The translations under genes and the position numbers were made by a program. This document shows positions 28,051 through 37,427 of a stretch of DNA of 64,000 bases, in pieces. Source of the DNA: an uncultured Candidatus Bathyarchaeia archaeon (GTDB taxonomy: Archaea; Thermoproteota; Bathyarchaeia; RBG-16-48-13; CAYPFQ01); assembly GCA_964473665.1 (NCBI GenBank), contig CAYYPV010000008.1, forward strand, positions 607 through 64,606, read 5' to 3'. Each line of letters starts with the position of its first letter. The stretch's first letter is position 1. The notes beneath the pieces are model-generated. The model did not search any database. It was not told the origin of the DNA and worked only from the letters and a program-made list of their open reading frames with translations.

Positions 28051-29064
28051 TTGCTGAAAGCGAAAGTGAAGCTGTTGGAGCATGTTATAGAGACTAACGA
28101 ACTTACAAAAAGCTTCAACGGACTTGTAGCAGTTGACAGGCTGAACATTTCGGTTGAACAAGGAGAAATTTTCGGTTTATTAGGGCCAAATGGCGCCGGA
28201 AAAACCACCACGATTTCCATGCTTTGCAGTATACTGAAGCCAACTTCTGGCACAGCAAAGGTCAACGGTTTTGACATTGTTAAAGAATCCATGCAAGTGC
28301 GAAAGTCAATAGGTCTGGTTTTTCAAGATCCGAGCGTTGACGATAGAATGACTGGGCGTGAAAATCTTTTCATGCACGCTAATCTTTACGGTGTTCCTGT
28401 AAGCGAACAGAAGGATCGAATCGAAAATGTTCTGAAATTGGTTGAGCTAGGTGAAAGGGCGGATGACCTGCTGCGAACTTACTCGGGTGGGATGAGGCGT
28501 AGATTAGAGCTCGCTCGAGGGCTGATTCATTATCCCAAAGTTCTTTTTCTGGATGAGCCCACGATAGGACTTGATCCGCAAACTAGGGATCACGTTTGGA
28601 GATACATTCGAGAATTGAAAGAAGCTCACGACATAACAGTAGTTTTGACAACACATTACATGGATGAGGCGGACAGGCTTTCTGACCGTATAGCGATAAT
28701 GGATTATGGAAAAATAATTGCTCTAGACACATCTTATAAACTGAAAGAAACTCTTGAAGGCGATGTTATAATAGTTAAAGCAAACAATCTTGAGGCGCTT
28801 TCCGCGATAATCAAAGAGAAAATGGATCTTCAGAAAACTCGAATAGTTGAGGATACTATTGAAATAACCGTTAAAAATGGGAAAAGCCTGCTGCCGAGAA
28901 TAGTGGATGTCGCAACGCAAAATAAAATATACATTGAGTCTGTAGCTTTACGTGAACCAAACCTTGAAGATGTTTTTTTACATTATACTGGCAGATCCAT
29001 ACGGCCGGAGGCGGGTAAAGAGCTTCACGGTGTATCAGCGGCACGCAGAAGGGCGGTAAAGTGA
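28051..29064 (+). CDS. ABC transporter ATP-binding protein (ABC-2 exporter type)
   Basis: Walker A GPNGAGKTTT. ABC signature YSGGMRRRLELA. Walker B LFLDEPT. H-loop TTHYMDEA. Confidence 0.85.
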   Translation: MLKAKVKLLEHVIETNELTKSFNGLVAVDRLNISVEQGEIFGLLGPNGAGKTTTISMLCSILKPTSGTAKVNGFDIVKESMQVRKSIGLVFQDPSVDDRMTGRENLFMHANLYGVPVSEQKDRIENVLKLVELGERADDLLRTYSGGMRRRLELARGLIHYPKVLFLDEPTIGLDPQTRDHVWRYIRELKEAHDITVVLTTHYMDEADRLSDRIAIMDYGKIIALDTSYKLKETLEGDVIIVKANNLEALSAIIKEKMDLQKTRIVEDTIEITVKNGKSLLPRIVDVATQNKIYIESVALREPNLEDVFLHYTGRSIRPEAGKELHGVSAARRRAVK

Positions 29065-29822
29065 CTGAGCTTAGAGGTTTTTACACGTTATGGCTTCGCG
29101 AACTAAAACGTTACCTAAGGGACAGGGTAAGAATAGTTAGCAGTTTTGTCACACCTTTATTGTGGTTAGTCATATTTGGCACAGGAGTACGTCTGCAGCT
29201 TCCAATTCCTGGCCTGAATTATCAAGAGTATATTTTTCCAGGAATAATTGGGCAAACTCTGCTTTTCACTTCAATGTTTATGGGCATCTCCGTTCTCTGG
29301 GACAGAGAATTCGGCTTCATGAAAGAAATACTAGTCGCGCCTATTTCACGTATATCCGTTTTCTTAGGGAAGATGATCGGCGACAGCACTGACGCTGTAA
29401 TTCAGGGGATAATCGTTTTCGTTCTGGGTATACTATTAGGAATAAAGCTCAGCGTACCCATGTTTTTTGAGCTTTTGCCAATAATGCTACTCATCACCTT
29501 TGGCTTGGTCAGCATAGGATTAACGATAGCCAGTTTTCTCGAAAGCTTGGAGGGCTTCGGCACTATTTCGAGCTTTGTTAACCTGCCTCTGTTCTTCCTT
29601 AGCGGTGCTCTATTTCCACTTAGCGGTACGGGTATTCCGACCTGGTTGCAAATCGCTTCAAAATTGAATCCTTTAACTTACGGCGTTGATGCTCTAAGAA
29701 TAATCGTTTTGGGAGCAGCGTGGCAACCGCTTCAGCCTTTGATTTACGACATAGCCATAGTAGGCGGCTTCGACATTATCATGATTATCATTGGAACTTT
29801 TGCTTTTAGCAGAATGCATTAA
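29061..29822 (+). CDS. ABC-2 family transporter permease
   Basis: Six TM helices with 4-nt overlap to the upstream ATPase gene. This is the typical ABC-2 architecture. Confidence 0.7.
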   Translation: MTELRGFYTLWLRELKRYLRDRVRIVSSFVTPLLWLVIFGTGVRLQLPIPGLNYQEYIFPGIIGQTLLFTSMFMGISVLWDREFGFMKEILVAPISRISVFLGKMIGDSTDAVIQGIIVFVLGILLGIKLSVPMFFELLPIMLLITFGLVSIGLTIASFLESLEGFGTISSFVNLPLFFLSGALFPLSGTGIPTWLQIASKLNPLTYGVDALRIIVLGAAWQPLQPLIYDIAIVGGFDIIMIIIGTFAFSRMH

Positions 29823-30019
29823 ATGATCATTTTAGCATAATTCTATGCTTCTTTGGGTCTTATTCGAGTTTAGAAAGTTTAGAAGTTAATTCTTTAGAGT
29901 TTTTGGTATATTAACACGGCTTTTTCGACGGGTTAAATTGTTATAGTGTAGAAATTTTAACCATTCTTTCTTCGTTACGATATTAATCAGTTAATTATCC
30001 AGAATTTTTTTCATTTATC

Positions 30020-30376
30020 CTACTTTTGATCTTGCATAATCAGTCGTTGGAGCTCATTAAATATTACAGCTCCAAGGAGAGATTCTGTTTCTTTCTTGTA
30101 TTTGGCGGTTAAAAGTTCAATTAATTTTCTACTTCCTTTCTTGGTCGTGGAAATGCCCATCCGCTCAGCTCTGATGATCAATCCTTCTTTCTCCAATGTT
30201 GCGAAATGCGGGAGCACATAGTAGTGGGGTATTTGTAAGTGATCCGCTAACTTTCGAGTGGTGGGTAACCGTATGGAGATGTTATTCCTAGTAAAGGTGA
30301 TAGTTATGGAGTGGTCGATAGCGAGAAGGATTTGTATGGCTGCTTCAAGGATATCTTCGTCAGTGAGGACTTTCAT
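30020..30376 (-). CDS. Putative winged-helix transcriptional regulator
   Basis: 118-aa soluble protein with a helix-turn-helix-like segment (RKLADHLQIPHYYVLPHFATLEKEGLI). Confidence 0.35.
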   Translation of the reverse strand: MKVLTDEDILEAAIQILLAIDHSITITFTRNNISIRLPTTRKLADHLQIPHYYVLPHFATLEKEGLIIRAERMGISTTKKGSRKLIELLTAKYKKETESLLGAVIFNELQRLIMQDQK

Positions 30377-30420
30377 AGTCTTCGCTGGTTTATTTGGAGA
30401 TATGCAGTAATATTAGGAGT

Positions 30421-30648
30421 TTACTTCTTCTTTCCTCGTTTGCTTTCTGGGACAGGTTCGAGATAGACGATTTCAGCGTTCACATCTTTTGCAATCTGTT
30501 CAATTTCCACCTTTCTGAAGTGAACTCCTTCAATTTTAAGTGGGACATGTTCTTTTGCGGTACCGGTTACTGCTAAAACTCTGAATTTCGGCTCTTTAAC
30601 ACCGCTTCCCACTTTCAAGCGTTCACGCACATAAATTTTTAAACCCAT
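30421..30648 (-). CDS. Small basic hypothetical protein (75 aa, Lys-rich C-terminal tail)
   Basis: Beta-rich sequence ending KRGKKK. This may be a nucleic-acid-binding barrel. I did not recognise a family. Confidence 0.25.
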   Translation of the reverse strand: MGLKIYVRERLKVGSGVKEPKFRVLAVTGTAKEHVPLKIEGVHFRKVEIEQIAKDVNAEIVYLEPVPESKRGKKK

Positions 30649-30800
30649 TCATCAAACCTCCTTATCAGCTGTTATACCAGTTAATATATGCTAAAGGTTT
30701 AATATATTTTTTGTTGAATTTCTTATCGTTGATTCATATGGTAGAACGCCGTGAATTAGCATCCTCACTAAGAGGGGAAACGTTGGTGCGGAAGGGGCTA

Positions 30801-31544
30801 ATGAAGAAAATAGACGATATCCCGCAAATGAGAATTATACCAGATCTGAACGTGGTCAAAATAGGTGGAAATGGAATCATCGACTATGGCCGAAAAATAG
30901 TTATGCCTTTAATAGAAGAAATTGGACAACTTTCAAAAAAATATAAGCTCTTAATTGTTACAGGCGGAGGTGTTAGAGTCCGCCATATTCTGGATATAGG
31001 GATTGAGTTGGGTATGCCTACTGGTGTTCTAGCTGAGTTGGCTGGTAAAATTAGTGAACAAAATGCCATTATGATGTCTGTTCTCCTCTCAAGGTTTAAT
31101 GGCGTAAGAATACACACTAGTGATCTCTTAGATGTGTCCACCTTGCTTGCTATGGGACTACTGCCGGTGATCCCCGGCACTCCGCCTTATGGACTTTACG
31201 AGCATCCACCGCGAAAGGGATCAATTCCTCCCCATCGAACTGATACAGGGGCATTCCTTATGGCTGAGGTGCTTGGTGCAAAGAACTGTATCTTAGTTAA
31301 GGACGTAGACGGCCTTTATTCTGAAGACCCTAGGGTAAATCCCAAAGCTAAATTAATCCCTAAAATTACTGCTGAAGAGTTTCTTAAGAAAGACTTCGAG
31401 GATGCGGTGCTTGAAAGAACCCTTGTTGAACTGCTTCTGAACGCTAAACACGTAAAGGAAGTTAAAATCATAAACGGGCATTTATCTTGGAATCTAACAA
31501 AAGCAATTCAAGGAGAGACAGTGGGAACGGTAATACACCGCTAA
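30801..31544 (+). CDS. Amino-acid-kinase family protein, isopentenyl phosphate kinase/FomA-like
   Basis: VKIGGNG is the Gly-rich N-loop. LLIVTGGGVRVRH, TDTGAFLMAEVLGA and VKDVDGLYSEDPRVNP blocks follow the IPK/UMP-kinase fold order. The ORF track starts at 30711. The ATG at 30801 has a GGAAGGGG RBS. Confidence 0.45.
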   Translation: MKKIDDIPQMRIIPDLNVVKIGGNGIIDYGRKIVMPLIEEIGQLSKKYKLLIVTGGGVRVRHILDIGIELGMPTGVLAELAGKISEQNAIMMSVLLSRFNGVRIHTSDLLDVSTLLAMGLLPVIPGTPPYGLYEHPPRKGSIPPHRTDTGAFLMAEVLGAKNCILVKDVDGLYSEDPRVNPKAKLIPKITAEEFLKKDFEDAVLERTLVELLLNAKHVKEVKIINGHLSWNLTKAIQGETVGTVIHR

Positions 31545-31690
31545 ACCCAAGGTATGGTCACCTGCCGCCTATAACTTAGTGTGTCACCTATAATCTGGTT
31601 AAATTATTTTGCAGAACGTATTAACATATAAATAGGTATTACAAATCCATTGAATGTTTCCCTTTCAATCGCGAGGAGTGTATCGAAAGG

Positions 31691-32377
31691 ATGTCTATTG
31701 AAGAATTAGAGAATATGTCACTGAGGAGAAGTGAAATAGCTTTCATTTGGCTAAACGACTATGCTGGACTTATAGTAAAGAGCCCAAATCGAGTTATGGT
31801 TATTGATCCTGCTGAAGTGAATCCAGATGATTTCTCCAAGGTAACTGTCACTTTGATTACGCATGAACACTATGACCATCTAGATGAGTCTATAGTGGGA
31901 AGCATACATGCAAACACGAAGTGTTCTGTAATAGCGGATCATACGTCTTATCGAAGACTGCGCGAGCTAATTCCTTCGGATAAGCTTATTGAAGCAAGAA
32001 TTGGCGAAAAAATAGATGTCGATGACATTAATGTGAATGTGGAACCGAGCAACCACCCACCTGCAAGCACTCCAGTATCATTTGTAATTGCAGCTGAAAA
32101 TGGGGTTACTTTCTACCACACTAGTGACAGCTTACCATTTTCTGAAATGAATAAAATAGGCTTAACTTACAAACCTGATATTACATTCTGCACAATCGGA
32201 ATAGCACCAGGGACTTCACCTAAAACTGGTGCGGAGATAGCTAAATTGACTCGCCCGAAACTCGCAATTCCATATCATGGTACCCAGTCAAGTGAATTTA
32301 TTAAAATTCTTTCAAAAGAAGCTCCAAACATTAAATCCATGGCGATGCAGAAGAATAAACTATACAAGTACCCTTAA
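31691..32377 (+). CDS. Metallo-beta-lactamase fold hydrolase
   Basis: LITHEHYDHLD (HxHxDH) metal-binding motif. Downstream His and Asp ligands are present. Confidence 0.65.
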   Translation: MSIEELENMSLRRSEIAFIWLNDYAGLIVKSPNRVMVIDPAEVNPDDFSKVTVTLITHEHYDHLDESIVGSIHANTKCSVIADHTSYRRLRELIPSDKLIEARIGEKIDVDDINVNVEPSNHPPASTPVSFVIAAENGVTFYHTSDSLPFSEMNKIGLTYKPDITFCTIGIAPGTSPKTGAEIAKLTRPKLAIPYHGTQSSEFIKILSKEAPNIKSMAMQKNKLYKYP

Positions 32378-32379
32378 GA

Positions 32380-33015
32380 GTGATAAATTTGGTTCCCCAA
32401 AAAAGCTTAGATGAAGCGAAAGTACAGATTTCCACAATCTTAACTAGAATTGGCGCTTTAAGATTCGGAACTTTCACACTTTCAAGTGGTGTCCTAAGTC
32501 CATATTATGTTGATTTGAGAATAATTCCGAGCTACCCTGAAGCATTTCAGAAAATTACAGATCTCTATGTAGAGCTGGCGAAGAAAAAAATTGGACTTAA
32601 CAAATTTGATAGAATTGCAGGTATACCGACAGCTGGTATGCCTTTCTCCTCAGTTGTGGCTCTTAAGCTAAGCAAACCCTTTCTCTACGTGAGAAAAGAA
32701 GCAAAAACTCACGGAAGGGAAAGAAGAATTGAAGGGATACTTATGCCTGGAGACCGCGTATTACTAGTAGATGACTTAGTCACAAGCGGTGGAACACTTA
32801 TTGATGCAGCCGACGCGGTTAGAGCTGAAGGCGCTGTTGTTAACGATGCGCTTATCCTTTTAGATCGGGAGGAGGGAGCGAAGAATAGCATGATTAAGGT
32901 TGGGATAAATCTAAATTGTTTAATGGGAATGACAGAAGTGGCTAAAATCCTCTATGATCGAGATACTATTGACAAGGAACAGTTTAAGAGTATAATGAAA
33001 ACGGTTAAGGGATAA
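32380..33015 (+). CDS. pyrE: Orotate phosphoribosyltransferase
   Basis: RFGTFTLSSGVLSPYYVDLR and the PRPP-binding VLLVDDLVTSGGT motif are present. Confidence 0.85.
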   Translation: MINLVPQKSLDEAKVQISTILTRIGALRFGTFTLSSGVLSPYYVDLRIIPSYPEAFQKITDLYVELAKKKIGLNKFDRIAGIPTAGMPFSSVVALKLSKPFLYVRKEAKTHGRERRIEGILMPGDRVLLVDDLVTSGGTLIDAADAVRAEGAVVNDALILLDREEGAKNSMIKVGINLNCLMGMTEVAKILYDRDTIDKEQFKSIMKTVKG

Positions 33016-33215
33016 TGGCGTTTTATAATTCTGCTAAATTATTAGCCTTCCAATTCTTTTTTATAACGTCCCTTTCTAGCAGCCAAAAAATTAACACAGA
33101 TAATAAAATAATATAGTTTTCTTATTGTTGAAATTTCAAGTTTTTTATAAATACTTGTCATCATTAAGGTCGCAAAGTGTTACTTGCATATATTTCTACA
33201 TATTGCTAGGTACGT

Positions 33216-33446
33216 TTGAATCTTTTAGTGATTCTCAAGCTTTATTCTTATTTGAAGGGCATAAAATTGTTTAAGAGATTATGTCAATTCTGTAAAAGGG
33301 AAATATCTGCGGATGCATCTGTTGAACCTAAAAAAGAGCAAAGCCGCTACCTCTTCAACAAATGCGGGTTTATCTTAGTTGAGAAATATATGGCGATCGG
33401 AGCTGTAACTGAGACAGAGTTCAACTATGATTGGATCAGGTGTTAA
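33216..33446 (+). CDS. Hypothetical small protein with CxxC...C Zn-ribbon-like spacing
   Basis: 76 aa with CQFCKREI...NKCGF. No family recognised. The coding call is weak. Confidence 0.2.
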   Translation: MNLLVILKLYSYLKGIKLFKRLCQFCKREISADASVEPKKEQSRYLFNKCGFILVEKYMAIGAVTETEFNYDWIRC

Positions 33447-33449
33447 ACA

Positions 33450-33653
33450 TTGACTTTAAGTGAAGTTGTTTCCTCTAACGAGTATGATAAATATAAAAGG
33501 ATTATAGACCAGCTGGACGCTCCTCTGGTAATAATAGTTCATATTGATAATTTACTAGACCATTTAAAGAGGGGAAATTTAAAGAAGAAAACGTTCGAGG
33601 GTTTACTTGAAAACTATGAACGAATATACGGTGAAAGACAGCCTGCACCCTAA
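33450..33653 (+). CDS. Hypothetical small protein
   Basis: 67-aa charged helical ORF immediately after the previous one. Weak. Confidence 0.2.
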   Translation: MTLSEVVSSNEYDKYKRIIDQLDAPLVIIVHIDNLLDHLKRGNLKKKTFEGLLENYERIYGERQPAP

Positions 33654-33885
33654 AATTCTTTGCTAGAACTTCAAAAACAGTCGAATAATCGGTTGATTTT
33701 TCTCTACGTACAGATGACGATTGATAAATTTTTTCTTACATAAGAATTCAGATTTAAAGAATGAAAAAGCGTATTTTGCTTTATCCCTGATTAAAGGAGT
33801 ACACTTTCAAAAGAACTTACATAAAGGGAGATAAACCTAAAATCGACGAGGGAAAACGTAATTCCCGCAAATCTTCGGTAGCAAG

Positions 33886-34332
33886 CTAACCTTTTTTCTT
33901 CTCTAGTACGGTTTGCCACCCGTAAGCGTGATCTTCTTCATCCGACACTATTTCTTCCAGCATTAGTCTGGTAGTTGTGTCTCCAAGTTTAGCGGCAAGG
34001 GCGATGTTTTGCTTGTATGTCTTAATCGCATTATTTTCGCCGTCTAAGTCGTCCTGAATCATCTTTTTTAGGCTGCCGCCCATCTTTATTTCATTTATTT
34101 TTGTTGTCGGTACGCCGCCTAAGTAATCTACGCGATTTAGAAATTTCTCAAGGTGTTTCATTTCCACTTGAGCTAGGTCTTCCTGCATTTCACTAATCTC
34201 CGGGCTTTCCATACCGGCTGACATAATGTGGTGGTAGACATACTGTATTATTGCACCTAGTTCGAGTGAGACGTCGTGATTTAGAGCTTCAATCAGTGCT
34301 TTTTTATCTTCTTTGCTTAATAGAAAACTCAT
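33886..34332 (-). CDS. Ferritin-like (bacterioferritin/rubrerythrin-like) di-iron four-helix-bundle protein
   Basis: Four E/H-containing helix motifs (ELGAIIQYVYHH, EMKHLEKF, ENNAIKTY, EEIVSDEEDHAYGW) are spaced as in the ferritin-like superfamily. Confidence 0.6.
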   Translation of the reverse strand: MSFLLSKEDKKALIEALNHDVSLELGAIIQYVYHHIMSAGMESPEISEMQEDLAQVEMKHLEKFLNRVDYLGGVPTTKINEIKMGGSLKKMIQDDLDGENNAIKTYKQNIALAAKLGDTTTRLMLEEIVSDEEDHAYGWQTVLEKKKG

Positions 34333-34454
34333 TTTTAAAATCCCCTACATTTGCATAGCTAATAGTCAATCTTAGAATTTAAAAGCTTATTCATCATTGA
34401 TTTAACCGAGTAGAATTAAAAGTGAAAGACAAAAGACATGCATTATGCATTCGC

Positions 34455-34498
34455 TAATATAAATTTCATCATGATTTATCATGATTTTGAAATGGAGG
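34455..34498 (+). promoter_or_regulatory. cdh operon promoter region: TATA box, tandem 10-bp repeat, Shine-Dalgarno
   Basis: TAATATAAAT lies at 34455-34464. It is followed by a perfect tandem ATCATGATTT ATCATGATTT at 34468-34487, each unit containing the palindrome TCATGA. GGAGG at 34494-34498 lies 7 nt before the cdhA ATG at 34506. Confidence 0.5.
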
Positions 34499-34505
34499 CA
34501 ATTGT

Positions 34506-36872
34506 ATGAGTGAAAAGAAAGTTAGAGTCAAAGTTAAGGAGTTGAAGACAACTTTTGGGGTAATACAGGATTTAGAGTTGGTAATAGGCAAAGTTGTTGA
34601 GGAAACTTTAACTGAACCACAAGGTCCAACGCCTTATCCTTCAGTTGCGGACCTTAGGAACTGGGACTTCAAATTAATGCAGCGTTACAAGCCTTTCTAT
34701 TCACCTTTGTGCGATATGTGTTGCTTTTGCACCTTGGGTAAATGTGATTTATCTGGAAATAAGCGGGGAGCATGCGGTATTGATATAGGTACCCAGCAAG
34801 GTAGGATGTCGGTTTTGCTTTCGACAACAGGTGCGGCGTGCCACGTTGCGCATGCCCGGCACTTAGTTGAACATTTGATTAAAAAATATGGAAGAGATCA
34901 CCAAATTAATCTTGGAGAAGGCACTGAAGTTGAAGCGCCTGTAATTCGTTTGGTTTGCGGAATTAAACCTCGAACGCTCGGAGACTTAGAGGCTGTATTA
35001 GACTATGCAGAGAAACAGGTAACTAATGTATTAGCAACTTTTCATACGGGTCAAGAAGGAAGCTATTTAGACTATGAGTCAAAGGCTTTGCATTCTGGAA
35101 TGGTGGACCATGTTGGAATGGAGGTGGCGGATATAGCTCAGATTTCAGCATACGGCTTCCCGAAAGGTGACCCGAATGCGCCTCTTGTAGACATAGGTTT
35201 CGGAACTATTGATGTGAGTAAGCCTGTTGTTCTATGCGTTGGACACAATGTTGCGTCTAGTGTTGAAATTGTTGATTACATGAAGAAGAATGGGCTTGAA
35301 GATAAAGTTGAGATTTGTGGAATCTGCTGCACAGCCCATGACCTAACACGTTATCATGATCACGCGAAGGTAGTAGGGTCAATATCACAACAGATTAAGT
35401 TTGTTCGTTCAGGAGTGGCGGATGTGCTGGTGGTTGATGAGCAATGTGTCAGGACGGATATGTTGAATGAGGCTCAGAAAGTTAAGACGCCCATAATTGC
35501 GGTTACTGACAAAATATGTTTAGGTCTTAAAGATCGGACGAAAGATCCTGTTGATGAAATTGTAGAAGACCTCACTTCAGCTCATGTTCAAGGAGTTTTA
35601 ATTCTTGATCCCTTTAAAGCTGGAGAGGTCGCGGTGAAGACCGCGATTAAAGTGACTCCTATCAGGGGTAAGTTTAAGGCTATTCCAAGTAGAGAGCAGC
35701 TGATAGAGATAGCAAGAAGGTGTGGTAGGATTTGTAGATCCTGTAGGAGATCGTGCCCAATTGATCTACCGATAGATGAGGCTTTGGGTCTGGCTGCTGA
35801 AGGAAAAATGGAGAAATTGGCTGAGCTTTACGACCTTTGCCTTGGCTGCGTCCGGTGTGAAAGTGCTTGCAGATCCGGGATACCTATCGTAAGTTTGATG
35901 GAGAAAGCTGCTGAAGCAAAGATTAAGGGAGAAAAGTATAGGATGCGGACAGGTCGAGGACCAATTCACGACGTTGAAATTCGAAATGTAGGTTCCTCTA
36001 TTGTTTTAGGTGAAATTCCAGGAGTCATAGCGTTTGTAGGCTGCCCGAATTATCCTAATGGACCAAAAGAGCTTGCTGAGCTATGTCAGGAGTTTTTGAA
36101 ACGTCGATACATTGTGATTGCCTCCGGATGCTCAGCGATGGATTTAGCGATGTATAAAGATGAAGAGGGACAGACGCTTTATGAAAGATATTCTGGAAAC
36201 TTTGACGCTGGATGCTTAATCAATGTTGGATCATGTGTTTCAAATGCACACATTGTAGGTGCAACAATAAAGATTGCGAGCATTTTTGCTAGGAGACCAT
36301 TACAGGGTAATTATGAGGAAATTGCTGATTATGTCCTGAACAGAGTTGGAGCAGTATGCATAGCTTGGGGTGCAATGTCGCAGAAAGCTTACGCCATAGC
36401 TAGCGGCGCAAACAGGTTGGGAATACCTGTAATTTTTGGACCTCACGGCTCAAAGTATAGACGAATGTTTTTGGGAATAAAAGAAAATGAAAAAGATTGG
36501 AGGGTGTATGACGCAAGAACTGGTAACAAGACCTACATCGGCCCAGCTCCAGAGCACTTAGTTTATGTGGCGGAAACAAAAGAGGAGGCTATTGTCATGG
36601 CAGCTAAGCTGTGCATTAGACCTAATGATACTACTAAAGGAAGAGCTGTAAAGCTGACACACTACATTGACTTGCATAAAAAATTCTATGGAAAAATGCC
36701 TGATGACATACAATTGTTAGTTAGATCTGAATACGATATTCCAATCACAATTAAAGATGAAGTAAAGGATATTCTGAAGAATAAAAATTGGAAACCGACG
36801 CCTTCTCCGATTCCGGATCCGACTCTTCTTGATAGAATGATACGAAAAGGAAGAAGTGAGAAAGATGACTGA
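34506..36872 (+). CDS. cdhA: Acetyl-CoA decarbonylase/synthase complex subunit alpha (CO dehydrogenase catalytic subunit)
   Basis: CDMCCFCTLGKCDLSGNKRGACGI is the CdhA N-terminal Fe-S motif. Internal ferredoxin-like inserts CRSCRRSCP and CLGCVRCESACRSGIP are present. The protein is 788 aa. Confidence 0.95.
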   Translation: MSEKKVRVKVKELKTTFGVIQDLELVIGKVVEETLTEPQGPTPYPSVADLRNWDFKLMQRYKPFYSPLCDMCCFCTLGKCDLSGNKRGACGIDIGTQQGRMSVLLSTTGAACHVAHARHLVEHLIKKYGRDHQINLGEGTEVEAPVIRLVCGIKPRTLGDLEAVLDYAEKQVTNVLATFHTGQEGSYLDYESKALHSGMVDHVGMEVADIAQISAYGFPKGDPNAPLVDIGFGTIDVSKPVVLCVGHNVASSVEIVDYMKKNGLEDKVEICGICCTAHDLTRYHDHAKVVGSISQQIKFVRSGVADVLVVDEQCVRTDMLNEAQKVKTPIIAVTDKICLGLKDRTKDPVDEIVEDLTSAHVQGVLILDPFKAGEVAVKTAIKVTPIRGKFKAIPSREQLIEIARRCGRICRSCRRSCPIDLPIDEALGLAAEGKMEKLAELYDLCLGCVRCESACRSGIPIVSLMEKAAEAKIKGEKYRMRTGRGPIHDVEIRNVGSSIVLGEIPGVIAFVGCPNYPNGPKELAELCQEFLKRRYIVIASGCSAMDLAMYKDEEGQTLYERYSGNFDAGCLINVGSCVSNAHIVGATIKIASIFARRPLQGNYEEIADYVLNRVGAVCIAWGAMSQKAYAIASGANRLGIPVIFGPHGSKYRRMFLGIKENEKDWRVYDARTGNKTYIGPAPEHLVYVAETKEEAIVMAAKLCIRPNDTTKGRAVKLTHYIDLHKKFYGKMPDDIQLLVRSEYDIPITIKDEVKDILKNKNWKPTPSPIPDPTLLDRMIRKGRSEKDD

Positions 36873-37383
36873 ACCTTGGCAATTTGGAAATGTTCCAGGC
36901 AGGCTTCAGGCGAATTTGATAACGGACTCTAAGATTGTTGCAGCTTTTATTAAGAATGCAAAACATCCGATAATTGTTATAGGAAGCCAGACATTTGATA
37001 CTGCTCTAGGAAAAAGTGATACAGCTAAACTTATGGAGAAACTGCATGAGAATAATGTCCAAATGGTGGCGACAGCTAACATGAAAGAACTTGCAGAGGT
37101 AGGTTTCAGAGATACACCCTGGATGGGAGTAGTCGATATAACCAATAGGCTTACTGACTCAGCATGGATGGGCGTCGATGGAAGAGGACAATATGACTTG
37201 GTATTATTCATCGGAGTCATTTACTACTTACAATCGCAAATGTTATCTACGCTGAAACATTTTGCGCCAAAGTTAAAAACTGTAGCCTTAGACAGATACT
37301 ATCATCCAAACGCTAGCTGGTCTTTTTCACTTTCAGAGGATGAATGGCACAAAAATATGGTTGAATTAATGAACCAAATATAG
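36856..37383 (+). CDS. cdhB: Acetyl-CoA decarbonylase/synthase complex subunit epsilon
   Basis: 175-aa protein with the typical MTEPWQFGNVPGR N-terminus. It overlaps the cdhA stop. Confidence 0.85.
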   Translation: MRKMTEPWQFGNVPGRLQANLITDSKIVAAFIKNAKHPIIVIGSQTFDTALGKSDTAKLMEKLHENNVQMVATANMKELAEVGFRDTPWMGVVDITNRLTDSAWMGVDGRGQYDLVLFIGVIYYLQSQMLSTLKHFAPKLKTVALDRYYHPNASWSFSLSEDEWHKNMVELMNQI

Positions 37384-37427
37384 GAGAATAAAAGTGCCTA
37401 ACGCCTCTAATAGACACTGAATTTAGT

